64,000 nt of DNA. Source: Candidatus Spongiisociaceae bacterium (GTDB taxonomy: Bacteria; Actinomycetota; Acidimicrobiia; Spongiisociales; Spongiisociaceae). The notes beneath the pieces were generated by a model. The model ran no database searches, was not told where the DNA came from, and saw nothing but the letters and a program-made list of their open reading frames with translations. Below, piece after piece: positions 33,039-43,000 of this stretch (position 1 is its first letter; the number at the start of each line of letters is the position of its first letter). The DNA lies in NCBI GenBank assembly GCA_965202665.1, contig OZ241841.1, forward strand, positions 2,496,001-2,560,000, given 5' to 3'. Made by a program: the position numbers and the translations under genes.

Positions 33039-34563
33039 GCCGCCGGAGGGCTATCTGGGGGCGGAAGGTCCGTTGGCGGACGGACCGTCGCCGGCTCTGG
33101 TGGAGGCGGGTTACCGGTTGGAGATCGCCGACGCCCGGTTTCTGCACCGGGGTTTGGGACTGGCCGACCTGGCCCATATTCTGGAGTTGCGGGAGGCGGG
33201 GGCGGTCCCGGAGGAGGCGGCCCGCGCCTTGTGCCGGGAGGCGCTGGTTTTTCTGGAAACCCCGGTGGAGGATTTTCCCTACGACCCGTTGTACGGGGAC
33301 GCCTACAACAGCCGGGAGCGGGAGTTGGAACGGCGCTTGGGCCCGGCGGCCGGCTGGCTTCCCGCCGGGCGCACCCGCCGGGAAGCGGGGCGGATCGCGG
33401 TGCGCCTGGCCTTGCGGGAACGTTTGCTGGGCTTGCATGGGGCGGCGGCGGATTTGGCGATGACTTTGGCCGGGCGGGGGCGGGAGTTGGCGGAGGTCGC
33501 CTGGAACGACGTCACGTACCTGCAGCCCGCCCAGCCTTCTTCCTTCGGGTTTTACCTGGCCGGGTTCGGGGAGGGGGCGGTGCGCGACTTGGAGCGCATC
33601 CGAGCCTGCTACCGGCTGGCGGACCGCTCCCCGGCCGGTTCCGGGGGGGTGGGGGGGACCGTCATCCCTTTGGACCGGGAACGGCTGTCCGCCCGGTTGG
33701 GATTCGACGGTCCCACCGCCCACATTCGGGACGGCATGTGGTCGGCGGACGTGCTGGCGGATGCGGGATGGGCGGCGGCGCAGGCGGCCCTGACCGTTAA
33801 TCGCCTGGCGGAGGACCTGGAAATTTTCGCCAGCCCCCAGTTCGGTTACGTCCGCTTGGCGGACGGGTCGTCGCGGGCGTCGGTGGCACTACCCCAGAAG
33901 CGCAACCCGTACGCGTTGGCGGTGATCCGGGGCGGGGCGGGAACCCTCATCGGGCGGGCGGCCGGGTTGATGGCCGTCGGGCGCACCCCGTCGGCCCGCA
34001 CCGACAACTGGCTGTACGGCTACGGGGAGGCGGTGGGGGCGGTGGAGACGGCCGCCCGCCTGGTGCGGTTGGCGGAGGAAACGGTGCGGGAGATGGAAGT
34101 GGACGGGGGGAGGTTGGCGGCCGGGGCGGGGACGCACGGCTCGCTGGCGACCGATTTGGCGGAACGTTTGACGTTGGACGGCGGTTTGGACTACCGGAGC
34201 GCCTATCGCATAATTGGCCGGGCGGTGGCCGAAGCCGGCGACGGGGGCTGGCCGACGGCGGACGGCTTGCGGCGGGCGGCCGGGGAGTTGGGTTTCGGGG
34301 AAGACGCGGCCCGTTGGGGGGAGAGTTTGGAGGAGGCCTGGGAGGCGACGGGGAAGCCGGGGGAGTTAGGGGCCCGCTGGCCGACCGGCCGGGACGCCGT
34401 AGGTTCCTGCGCCCCGTCGCAGGTGGAGGAACACTGCCGGTCGGTGGAGGAAAGGGTTGCCCGGGCCCGGGAGTGGGCGGAGGCGGCCCGCAACCGGACC
34501 GAGGCCGCCGCCCGGGATTTAATCTCCGCCGCCCGCCGCCTGGCGGACGGGAAAGCAAAGTAG
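33031..34563 (+). CDS. Argininosuccinate lyase-like protein (XcbC-like)
   Basis: GRTRRE, TYLQPAQP, RLAEDL, ASVALPQKRNP, ATDLAE, YRSAYRIIG. Confidence 0.8.
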   Translation: MREPPEGYLGAEGPLADGPSPALVEAGYRLEIADARFLHRGLGLADLAHILELREAGAVPEEAARALCREALVFLETPVEDFPYDPLYGDAYNSRERELERRLGPAAGWLPAGRTRREAGRIAVRLALRERLLGLHGAAADLAMTLAGRGRELAEVAWNDVTYLQPAQPSSFGFYLAGFGEGAVRDLERIRACYRLADRSPAGSGGVGGTVIPLDRERLSARLGFDGPTAHIRDGMWSADVLADAGWAAAQAALTVNRLAEDLEIFASPQFGYVRLADGSSRASVALPQKRNPYALAVIRGGAGTLIGRAAGLMAVGRTPSARTDNWLYGYGEAVGAVETAARLVRLAEETVREMEVDGGRLAAGAGTHGSLATDLAERLTLDGGLDYRSAYRIIGRAVAEAGDGGWPTADGLRRAAGELGFGEDAARWGESLEEAWEATGKPGELGARWPTGRDAVGSCAPSQVEEHCRSVEERVARAREWAEAARNRTEAAARDLISAARRLADGKAK

Positions 34564-34565
34564 CC

Positions 34566-34754
34566 ATGCCGGTTTTGTTGCTGGAATGCCCGGACTGCGG
34601 CCATCGTTTCCGTTCGCTGGTGGCGCCGGGGGCGAAAACCCCGGAAGTGTGGGTGTGCTCCCAGTGCAAAAGCCGCCGCGCCGTCGCAGTGGAAGAAGTT
34701 TCCAACACCAACCACCCGTGGGCGGGGGAAGACATGACCCCCTGTTGCGGCTAA
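34566..34754 (+). CDS. Small zinc-ribbon (FmdB-like) protein
   Basis: CPDCGHRF...CSQC, C-terminal CCG; ATG 2 nt after xcbC-like stop. Confidence 0.7.
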   Translation: MPVLLLECPDCGHRFRSLVAPGAKTPEVWVCSQCKSRRAVAVEEVSNTNHPWAGEDMTPCCG

Positions 34755-34824
34755 CCCCAAACCCCACCCCGCTTCTTCTCCCAGTGGCGAGGATAGTGAC
34801 ATCGTGTTATCAGAACAATATAGT

Positions 34825-35301
34825 TCATAAGCTGAATACTGTTACTATGTTGAATGCTATCTGAGTTATTGCTAGTATAAATCCCAGAGTAATACCCAAC
34901 ACTTTGATCAGGCTTTTTCCTCTTTCCTTGTATTTTTGCCAGCGACGAAATCTACCACTAGGATACGATGTTCTGACATCAATAGAGGCTATGTTCGTAG
35001 GAGGAATAAACAAGTAGGCTCCACTCTTGAATGTTATATGAATATCCTCAGCGATTGTTTTACGGTAAGCAAACTTTTCTTTTAGCTCTCCATTAAGGGA
35101 AATATCTATATACTTAAAGTCTACCTCCTTGTACTTCCGAACCCTGCTACTTCCAACAGGTCTTCCATAGTCAGCAGGATTTAATCCTATATTTATAGCC
35201 TCCGTCAAAGTAAATCGAATGTAAGGTTTCCCTTCCTCGATAATGCTGGCAATGAGAACACTACCGTATATACCTCCAAAGTTAATATCCATTTTGTTCA
35301 C
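34825..35301 (-). CDS. AT-rich hypothetical protein with C-terminal TM helix
   Basis: 158-aa open frame in strongly AT-rich DNA; hydrophobic C-terminus. Confidence 0.6.
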   Translation of the reverse strand: MNKMDINFGGIYGSVLIASIIEEGKPYIRFTLTEAINIGLNPADYGRPVGSSRVRKYKEVDFKYIDISLNGELKEKFAYRKTIAEDIHITFKSGAYLFIPPTNIASIDVRTSYPSGRFRRWQKYKERGKSLIKVLGITLGFILAITQIAFNIVTVFSL

Positions 35302-35567
35302 TTTCCTTTCTATGTTGAGAGTTTGGATAGGCTAGTTGACAACCTCTACACACAATGTGTTTGGTCGGTCAGGGCAACCGGATTACTGCTCCCTCTCCTG
35401 ATGTCCCAGCACCGCCACTAATTTATTTCAAACACATGTGCGCTCCTTTTTTGGGCTGGGCTATTGTTCCCCATCACCTAAAACCATTATAGGATGAGCT
35501 GGCGGTGCACACCGCGTTGCGTGAGTATCCACAGAGGTTCTTCTGGTACTCAGGGTGAATAATAAGA

Positions 35568-36851
35568 TTAGGGGGCGGGGCCTGCCCGGGCGGGGGTACG
35601 GGTTGATCTGGGCGGGGCGGGGACGGGGGGTCCGGCGCGGGGCCGGGTTTGCCAGAGGCCGCCGGTTTCAGCCAGTTCCAGGTTGTGGTCCTGCAGTTCC
35701 CGATGGTGGGGTCCGCACAGGGAAGCCAGGTTGTCGATGTCGGTTGGGCCTCCGTCGGCCCAGTCCAGCAGATGGTGCAGATCGGTCAGGTGGGGCGGCT
35801 CATTGCACCGGACGCATCCCCGGTCCCGCACCGCCGCCGCCAGCCGTTGCGCGTCGTTGCCCAGACGTTTGCTGCGTCCCAGCCACAACGTGCGGCCTTT
35901 CCCGCCGAAGATGATTCCGCACACGGAGTCGTCGGGGGAAAGCAGGTGGAGGACGGAGGGGGGCACCGGCCCGGTTCCCAAAATCTCGCAGGTTCCATCG
36001 GGCCGTGTTCCGTCGAACAGCCCCAGGTCGGCCACCACCACCAGTTGCGTAGCGGACTTGCCCGCCCCGCCCCGGTCGGGCAACGGTTGCATGGTTTCCG
36101 CGTCCCGGCCGGTCAGCAGTTCCACCAGGGCGTCCGCCCGCCGCTGTTCGTTGTTGCGGATGTCGTCGGGGTGGGCTTCTCCGCCCGAATCCGCCCGCCG
36201 CAACCGTTCGACGCGGAGGTCCAACGCTTGCCGCACCTGTCCGAACCGGATGGGATCCAGATCGGCCCGCACGATGCCCATCCCCGTTGCCTTGTCCAGG
36301 AAGGCGTGAGCCTTGCGCAACCGCCTTTGTTTCTCAAGCAACGATTCGCCCCGGTCGGGGGAGTGAGCGTTGGCCCACCGGCGGGCCTGCTTGCGAAAAT
36401 GATCCGGGTTGGTTTGGGAGGCTTCTTTCAGCAGTCCCGAATTCCCGTCCACCGCCTCGGCTCCGCATTCGTCCGCCGCCGAAGTCAGCGAAGCGGCGTT
36501 CTCCAACGTGATTTCCCCGGCCTGCAGTTTGGCCCGCGTGTTGGGCATTTCCCGCAACTTCTGGGCCACTCCGGTCATTTGCTTGGCCTGATGGCCGGTC
36601 ATTCCCAGATGGTCGCGCAATGTTTCGGCCGCCCGGGCCCGGCCTTTCAGTTCGGTGATGCGCGAGGCGAGGGCGCATTCGAACGCCGCCACTTTGGCCC
36701 GGAGCCGTTTGGCGGACGCGGCCAGTTGCTCCAGATCGTTTAGAGACAGGCCGTCGTCAAGGCGGGCGGCGGTCAGGTCGGTCAGGGCCGACTCGGCCCG
36801 TTCGCAGGCCTGTTGCGGCGCCTCGGCGCGGGGATCGGTTGTGTGTTTCAT
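35568..36851 (-). CDS. DUF222 + HNH endonuclease (13E12-repeat-like)
   Basis: QRRADALVEL, LWLGRSKRL, RDRGCVRC, HHLLDWADGGPTDIDNLASLCGPHH; ATG 36851. Confidence 0.88.
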   Translation of the reverse strand: MKHTTDPRAEAPQQACERAESALTDLTAARLDDGLSLNDLEQLAASAKRLRAKVAAFECALASRITELKGRARAAETLRDHLGMTGHQAKQMTGVAQKLREMPNTRAKLQAGEITLENAASLTSAADECGAEAVDGNSGLLKEASQTNPDHFRKQARRWANAHSPDRGESLLEKQRRLRKAHAFLDKATGMGIVRADLDPIRFGQVRQALDLRVERLRRADSGGEAHPDDIRNNEQRRADALVELLTGRDAETMQPLPDRGGAGKSATQLVVVADLGLFDGTRPDGTCEILGTGPVPPSVLHLLSPDDSVCGIIFGGKGRTLWLGRSKRLGNDAQRLAAAVRDRGCVRCNEPPHLTDLHHLLDWADGGPTDIDNLASLCGPHHRELQDHNLELAETGGLWQTRPRAGPPVPAPPRSTRTPARAGPAP

Positions 36852-36858
36852 AGCGTTT

Positions 36859-36880
36859 ACCTTATCAGGGGGGTGTGACA
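36859..36880 (-). promoter_or_regulatory. TGTCAC-N10-TAAGGT promoter (RecA-NDp/PafBC-like)
   Basis: 7 nt upstream of the DUF222-HNH ATG. Confidence 0.6.
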
Positions 36881-36924
36881 TTTTTGTTTAGATGGGATTG
36901 TCGAATAGAATCTTATGTTTCTAT

Positions 36925-36953
36925 ATTCTACGATATTTAAATTTGTTTGTCAA
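36925..36953 (-). promoter_or_regulatory. SigA-type promoter with downstream palindrome
   Basis: TTGACA-N17-TAGAAT; TAGAA-N8-TTCTA palindrome at 36906-36923. Confidence 0.6.
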
Positions 36954-36992
36954 ATCGGACGGCCCGACAGGGGGAAGCGCTTAACGATGGTT

Positions 36993-37014
36993 AAGGTACC
37001 AGAGGGGTGTGACA
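36993..37014 (-). promoter_or_regulatory. Second TGTCAC-N10-TACCTT motif
   Basis: Minus strand TGTCAC acccctctgg TACCTT. Confidence 0.5.
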
Positions 37015-37064
37015 GAATCCGCCGCGGGACCGGAGAACCCCCGGTCCCGCGGCGGTCGGTCGGG

Positions 37065-38399
37065 TCAGGGGGCGGGTTCGTACCAGCCGGAGCCGAAGAT
37101 CAGGCCGTCCCGTTTCAGCACCCAGGAATGTTTCTGCTCCAGCTCGCCGGAGTCCGGGTTGCGGCGGATGTAGTCCACCCACGCCCCCCGCTCGGTGGCG
37201 GCGGCCAGCTCCCGTCCGTAGTTTTTGCCGTTGACGTCGGTGCGGGTGGTGGTGGCGGTTCCCACCAGTTCCGGGTTGGTGGCGATGGAGATGGTGGTTC
37301 CGTCTTCGATGATGAAGATGTACCAGGGCCCGTCGATGCTGTCGGTGGAGTTGTAGAAGTCGATGGTCGCCTGCCGGCCTATCTCCCGGTAGCGGTCGAT
37401 GGCCTGTTGCACGAAATACTGGGTGTAGGCGGCCGGTTGGTCTTTGGTCGGCGGGGGCGGAACCTCGTCTTCGTACCAGCCGGATGCGAAAATCAGATCG
37501 TCGTGCAGCACCGCCCAGGTGTGCTTCTGCCGGTTCTGGCCGGTGGCGGTGTTGAGGAACACGTAGTCCACCCAGACGCCGTCTTGGTCGGCGGCCACCA
37601 GTTCCAGGCCGTAGGGCTTGCCGTACACCCCGGTGCGGTGGGTGGGGCTGGAGCCCCGCAGTTCCGGTCGGGTGGGATGGACGACGGTGTCTTCGTCTTC
37701 GATGATGAACACGTACCATTGGCCGTCCACGCTGTCGGACGAATTGTAGAAGTCGAAAGCGGCCTGCCGGCCCTGGTCGCGGTAGCGGTCGATGGCCTGT
37801 TGCACGAAATACTGGGTGTAGGTGGGCTCATCGCTTTTAGCGGGGGGGCGGCCCCGGTCCAGCAGGGCCCGGTTGCCCGCTTTCATAAAAGCCGCCAGGT
37901 CGGCGCGGGAGGCACCTTCGGGGAAAAGCCGGTTGAGGACTTTGGCGGTCTGGGAGGCGGTGACGGCGCGGCCGGGCCGGAAATTCCCGTCCGGATAGCC
38001 CAGGAGCAACTTTTTGGCGGCGCCGTTGTCGATGTCGGCCAGTTGCGGATGGTCGTCGGCCACATCCGGGAAGGAGTTGGGGGTGGTGTCGGCGGTCCAA
38101 GCCTTTATCGCCTGGGCGCCCCCCCAAACATAGGTGGCCAGGTCGGCGCGGGTGGCCCCCTGCGGGAAGGCGGGGCCCACGATGTCCGGGATTTCACCGA
38201 CGGGGACAGCCTGGTCGGGCTGGAGGTTCCCATCCTCGTCGGCCTGCAACCAGCCGCGGGCCGCGGCGTAATCGATGGCCGCCCCTTCCGGTTGCCCGCC
38301 GTTCCCCTCGGGCGAATCATCGCCGTTGCCGTATCCGGCGGGCCCCAAGGACATCACCAAAGCCAAGGCCAAAGCGACAGCGGTCATCGTTCGTTTCAT
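37065..38399 (-). CDS. Secreted protein with SLH-like repeats and two tandem single-Cache domains
   Basis: Signal peptide MKRTMTAVALALALVM; FPDV...GYPDGNFRP...TRAD/SRAD; duplicated YTQYFVQQAIDRYR...WY(V/I)FII...WVDY...KH(T/S)W...GWY at 393-bp offset. Confidence 0.78.
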   Translation of the reverse strand: MKRTMTAVALALALVMSLGPAGYGNGDDSPEGNGGQPEGAAIDYAAARGWLQADEDGNLQPDQAVPVGEIPDIVGPAFPQGATRADLATYVWGGAQAIKAWTADTTPNSFPDVADDHPQLADIDNGAAKKLLLGYPDGNFRPGRAVTASQTAKVLNRLFPEGASRADLAAFMKAGNRALLDRGRPPAKSDEPTYTQYFVQQAIDRYRDQGRQAAFDFYNSSDSVDGQWYVFIIEDEDTVVHPTRPELRGSSPTHRTGVYGKPYGLELVAADQDGVWVDYVFLNTATGQNRQKHTWAVLHDDLIFASGWYEDEVPPPPTKDQPAAYTQYFVQQAIDRYREIGRQATIDFYNSTDSIDGPWYIFIIEDGTTISIATNPELVGTATTTRTDVNGKNYGRELAAATERGAWVDYIRRNPDSGELEQKHSWVLKRDGLIFGSGWYEPAP

Positions 38400-38530
38400 C
38401 ACCGTTCCCCTTTCTTGGGTTCTTCTCCGAACAACCCCATAATAGCAACCGCCGACGCCGGGAGGTCCGGTATGTCCCGGGAACGTGGTAGGGTATCGCC
38501 GGGCAAACCGCAACGTCCGGAAAGGGGACA

Positions 38531-39034
38531 GTGATGGCGACGCTAGCCGCGCGCGAGCTAGATATACCCGATGAGCAAGATATCCAACAGGCCAAATACG
38601 CGGCGGAGCGTTTAGCCGAATTCCGGCAGGAGGGTTCGCCGCTGTTCCTCATCTGGGGGAGCGGTGGTTCGGATGAGGGGGCTGGCTCTGTGCCGATACC
38701 GGACGAAGCCCTTCAGCCTTTGGCGGAAATTCTAGAGGCGCAGTCGGAGGGCAACGCGGTAGCTGTGTTGCCAGTCCACACCGAATACACCACCGAGCAA
38801 GTATCTCGTATTTTGAAAATGGACCATTCTCATGTGACCGAGATTCTCGACAAAGGCAAGATTTCGTGTCGGATAATCGACGGTAAACGAACGGTGCCAT
38901 TGTCGGAACTCCTAGAGCACAGCGGATTGGACGATGAGTGCAGGAAAGTTTTGCTACGAGAGTTGGCTATGCAATATATAATAATCAACCTTGAAGAGCC
39001 GATAACAGGAAGTAGTTTGATTATCAATGGATAG
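38531..39034 (+). CDS. Excisionase-like HTH_17 DNA-binding protein, paralog 1
   Basis: IPDEALQPLAEIL...EYTTEQVSRIL...GKISCRIIDGKRTVPL. Confidence 0.7.
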   Translation: MMATLAARELDIPDEQDIQQAKYAAERLAEFRQEGSPLFLIWGSGGSDEGAGSVPIPDEALQPLAEILEAQSEGNAVAVLPVHTEYTTEQVSRILKMDHSHVTEILDKGKISCRIIDGKRTVPLSELLEHSGLDDECRKVLLRELAMQYIIINLEEPITGSSLIING

Positions 39035-39476
39035 TTCAGCAGTCAAAGAGGAGCAGGCGAAGGGCCCGGCAAGTCTTTTGGCCAAAGTCCGACAACTCGG
39101 ATCTTTACCTCACTCGAATCTCTCGCTATGGAACGGTGATGCTGACGGAGGCCTCGGTTATTCGCCATTGCCGAAAAGTATTGCGAAGCCCTTGGTTGAT
39201 ATGTTAACGGCTGTAGTGAATGGCAAGACGTTGGTGGTACTCTCTATCCCTAAGGAGGTTAACATCAAACGAGCTACTTCAATTTTGAATCTAACCTATC
39301 CTGAGATGCTGAATCTCTTTGACGAAGGCGAGGTGCAATATCGCAAAGTTGACGGCGAGCGTGTAGTGCCCTTGTCAGCGATCTTTGATTATAAGCGTCG
39401 TAGTAAAGAGCGTGCACGAGAATTAATAAACTATCTAACCCGGGAAACCCAATTAATGGGTCTCTACGAAATATAA
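39027..39476 (+). CDS. Excisionase-like HTH_17 DNA-binding protein, paralog 2
   Basis: LPKSIAKPLVDML...GEVQYRKVDGERVVPL...ETQLMGLY. Confidence 0.7.
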   Translation: MDSSAVKEEQAKGPASLLAKVRQLGSLPHSNLSLWNGDADGGLGYSPLPKSIAKPLVDMLTAVVNGKTLVVLSIPKEVNIKRATSILNLTYPEMLNLFDEGEVQYRKVDGERVVPLSAIFDYKRRSKERARELINYLTRETQLMGLYEI

Positions 39477-39517
39477 GTCAATCCCACGGAAAAGGAGTCA
39501 GCCGGTGGCGACAACGG

Positions 39518-40036
39518 ATGCTCGTAAAAAGGGCTCACGCTCGTGAGGAACCCCCCTTGGGGTTTAACGTTCCGGACGGTCTCACCAGGGATATGGCTGA
39601 GGAGGCCGCAAATTTTCTGGCAAACCGACGGGGAGCGGGTCAGGCCATCCAGATTGTCGCCTCCGTTAGCAACGGTGACAGGCGGCAGGAATCGGTGATT
39701 TTGCCACGGTTGGCGGTGGATATGATCGCTCAACTGTTGACCGAGTTGGGGCGAGGTCATGCAGTGGTTGTGGAGCCGGTAGAGGCTGAGCTGACCACTC
39801 AGCAGGCGGCCGACATCCTCAACGTGAGCCGCCCTTACCTAATCGGCTTGCTGGATGAAGGCAAGATTCCGTACTGCAGAGTGGGTAACCGTCGCAAGAT
39901 TTCCCTGATGCAACTCCTCGACTATAAACGCTGCGATGATAAAAACCGGGATGCTATTGCGAATGAAATACTGAGCGAAACACAAAACATCGGGATCTAT
40001 TATCCAGATTTTGAGGCTCATGAAATCGAGGAATAG
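39518..40036 (+). CDS. Excisionase-like HTH_17 DNA-binding protein, paralog 3
   Basis: ELTTQQAADILNVSRPYLIGLLDEGKIPYCRVGNRRKI canonical motif. Confidence 0.85.
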   Translation: MLVKRAHAREEPPLGFNVPDGLTRDMAEEAANFLANRRGAGQAIQIVASVSNGDRRQESVILPRLAVDMIAQLLTELGRGHAVVVEPVEAELTTQQAADILNVSRPYLIGLLDEGKIPYCRVGNRRKISLMQLLDYKRCDDKNRDAIANEILSETQNIGIYYPDFEAHEIEE

Positions 40037-40067
40037 AAATGGGCCGGTTGACCGTAGTGGCTACTAG

Positions 40068-43000
40068 TTAGTGGTGGTTGGTAATAGGAGGGGGATCGTT
40101 ATCGCCTGGTTCATCATCGCTCCCCTTGTTGTATTTTTTTATGAATTTGGGGGTTTTGACAAGTGCTGTTTTACCTCCGCTTTGCTTCATAAAAGTGGCA
40201 TTGAATAACTGTATATATGGCCAGAGATGATCCAATCCTATTTCATGGAGTATCATTTTGTCGATTTGGTCAGTAATATAACGAATCTCGCGAGCATCAT
40301 AATTTCCTACCCATTGCTTAGCATTCTTAGCATATTTCAATGTCTCCTTAAGGGCTTCATGTATATCAGGTGCTAAATGAGATAACTCTTTTAGGAACTC
40401 ACGACGTCCTGGGATTGGAATAGATAAAATCCCTGATTTTGTGAGGTGGAACCCATCACCAGAGCAAGCCCACCATAAAAGAGAGATTTTACTGAGGGAT
40501 ATAGCTAAGGCTGCATTGCGTGAATGGCGGGACTGGAAAAATATTGATTTAACCTGGGGCTGCTCAAGAGGATCACCAAACAAATCATAAGCTTCGGGAG
40601 GATCGATGAATGAACTGATATAATGATATAACACTGTTTTGTATGATAAAATAACTCCACTTTTTACAGTTAGATTACCTATAGTTGTTTCGTTCGAGAG
40701 AAGTTGTTGTAATATTTTCCCTTCTTGTGGTGAGCCAATTTTTAACCATCCGATATGTTTTTCGATTTCTTTAGGCAGGCGAGTATATCTTATATTTTCA
40801 AACAAGACTGGCCTATACTTCTTTAAACATCTATAGAAACGAGTTACAGAAAGATATGATTGTTCAGCAGTAGAGCAAGCAGATCCAGCCAGTATTATGA
40901 CTCTGACTTTGACGCCTGCAAAAAGCGGATCAGGATCTTTATCGTAAGTGCTAATCCATCGCTTTGGTAGAGATTGGGTTACTATATTTCTGGTTTTGTT
41001 GAAATCCTTTCTAAATTGAAATGAAACTGGTAATATCATAGAGAATCTAGAGTTATGGTTTATAAATTGCAACGAACGTTCTACGCAAACATTGAATATA
41101 TTGGCTAAATTATTAGTTTGAAAACCATGCCATTTGTACCCTATTACTTTATTTCTGCTGATATAGGGTGGGTTACCGATAACGACATCAAATCCACCAT
41201 TATTGAAGATCGCCGGGAATTCGACGAACCAATGGAAGGGTTGGTGGGATCCTACCCATTGATCGAAATCGTCCTGTTCGGTTCTTATTTCGTATAGATT
41301 ATTGTTGAGGCGGGAACGCAGTATTTCCTGTTCGTTTTTGATTTTCCTTTTCATTTCTCGGAGAGTGTTTGGATCGTCATTTTGTTGTTCGGCTTGGGAG
41401 AATTCATTCATCAGGTTGGCTAGCGGTATCGCACTTTGTTTGATGTCTTCCACTTTGTCGAGACCGAGCAGCTCCATTCCCAGTCGTTCTTCGGCATCTT
41501 TGAGATGAGCTATCCCTACCAACAGGTTACCGGTTTTGATGTTGAAATCTAGGCCGGGGAGTGGCTCTATGTTGTCGCCTTCGGACAGTTGGGCAACCAG
41601 TTTTAGGAACATTCTCAACCTGGCTATTTCACCTGCTTCCGGCATCAGATCCACGCCGTATAAATTATTGAGCGTTGCCTGCTTGTAGATGAAATACATA
41701 CGATTACGGTGCTCATCAGCCTCACGTAACATGTTTGGAGTAGTATTTCCTATGGACAGTTCCGCCGCCCGGTCTAGTAGGGCCGTGTAGCAGTCGGCTA
41801 GGATGTCCAAGGCGGCGAATAAGAAGGCACCGGAGCCGCAGGTTGGATCTAGGATGGTAATCTTCTGTAGCGTTCGGTAGGCTGACTCCACTGACTCTAT
41901 GGGCGTTAGCATTCCCAGGAAGTCGGTTATCAGGGTCCGTAAGTCCAGGTTGGCGGTGATGGCGTCGTCCACGGTGCGGATTTCTCCCTCCGCTACTCGC
42001 TTCCTTAATTCACGATAATGGCGGTGCCGGTCGATTGTTTCCCACCAAGTTTCACCAGGTAACCCGATGTTGGGCGGGGACTTTTCGAACCAATCCTCGT
42101 CTACTATTTGTGCGGGGTCGGCCACGCCTGCCGCTATATCATCCGGCAACTTCTCGGTGATGCCGTAGGAAATGGACTCATGGATATAACGATCCGGCTC
42201 CAACAGTAGCAAATCCATCGGATCATCGGTTAAATCCAGCCGGTCTAGCAAGGCGGGGATGACCGTCACCGAAGTCATGTAACCGGTGATGTCCTCTTTG
42301 GTGTAATATGCTCCCTGTTCTTTTTGGTTTACCAGTTGTTCAAAAACGTAACCTAGTATGTCTGGGTTGATTTCGTTTGGCTCATAAGTGGGTCGTTCGT
42401 CTAAATGCCAGCGGTATTGGTCGAAAAAATCGAAGATACGCTCGAACTCGCGGTCGGGAATGTTAATATTATGCTGCTCCTCCAAATAGTGAGGGTCGAA
42501 TATGGCTCCGTTTACATAAGGAATTTCGCCGATTATTTCAGCTATATTGGGGTCATTGTAGAGGTGCTGGTGAGAACCGAAGCCCTCGTGAAACAGCGGC
42601 AACAGAAACTTGCGGAAGAATCCGTAGAAAGAGTCTTCTCCTAGTAGTCCGCGAACCATATTTAGGCGATTTCGTAGGTAATCACGGTCGCCCTCCAAAA
42701 ACCCTTTCTTTTGTAGGAAGTAAATGAACATCAGCCGGTTTAGCAACACCGAGCCGTACCAACTTCGGTCAGCGAAACTTTCTATTCCTTTAATGAATTT
42801 TGTAAGGTTTTCGTGGTGTTCCCTGAAATCATCATAAAATCTCTTGGTTATCTTGTCGGCTTTGAACTGGCCCCGTACCCTGTTTAGTACGTCCATCACC
42901 GTTAAGTTGTCTTCTTCTTCTACGCAAAAACGGATTCCGGCTAGTCGTTGCACCAAGTGTTCGTTCATGGTGCCCACCTGATATTTGTAAGTTACCAGGT

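Noticed and set aside
30718-34563. Housekeeping purB and argH
   Set aside because: Signature loops are non-canonical (GSITMP, ASVALP), and the genes sit with comA/EaCoMT rather than pur/arg genes.
36906-36923. Canonical LexA SOS box
   Set aside because: Spacing is GAA-N8-TTC, not GAAC-N4-GTTC; kept only as an unassigned palindrome.
38531-40036. Prophage/ICE excisionase module
   Set aside because: No integrase, att-tRNA or phage genes in the window.
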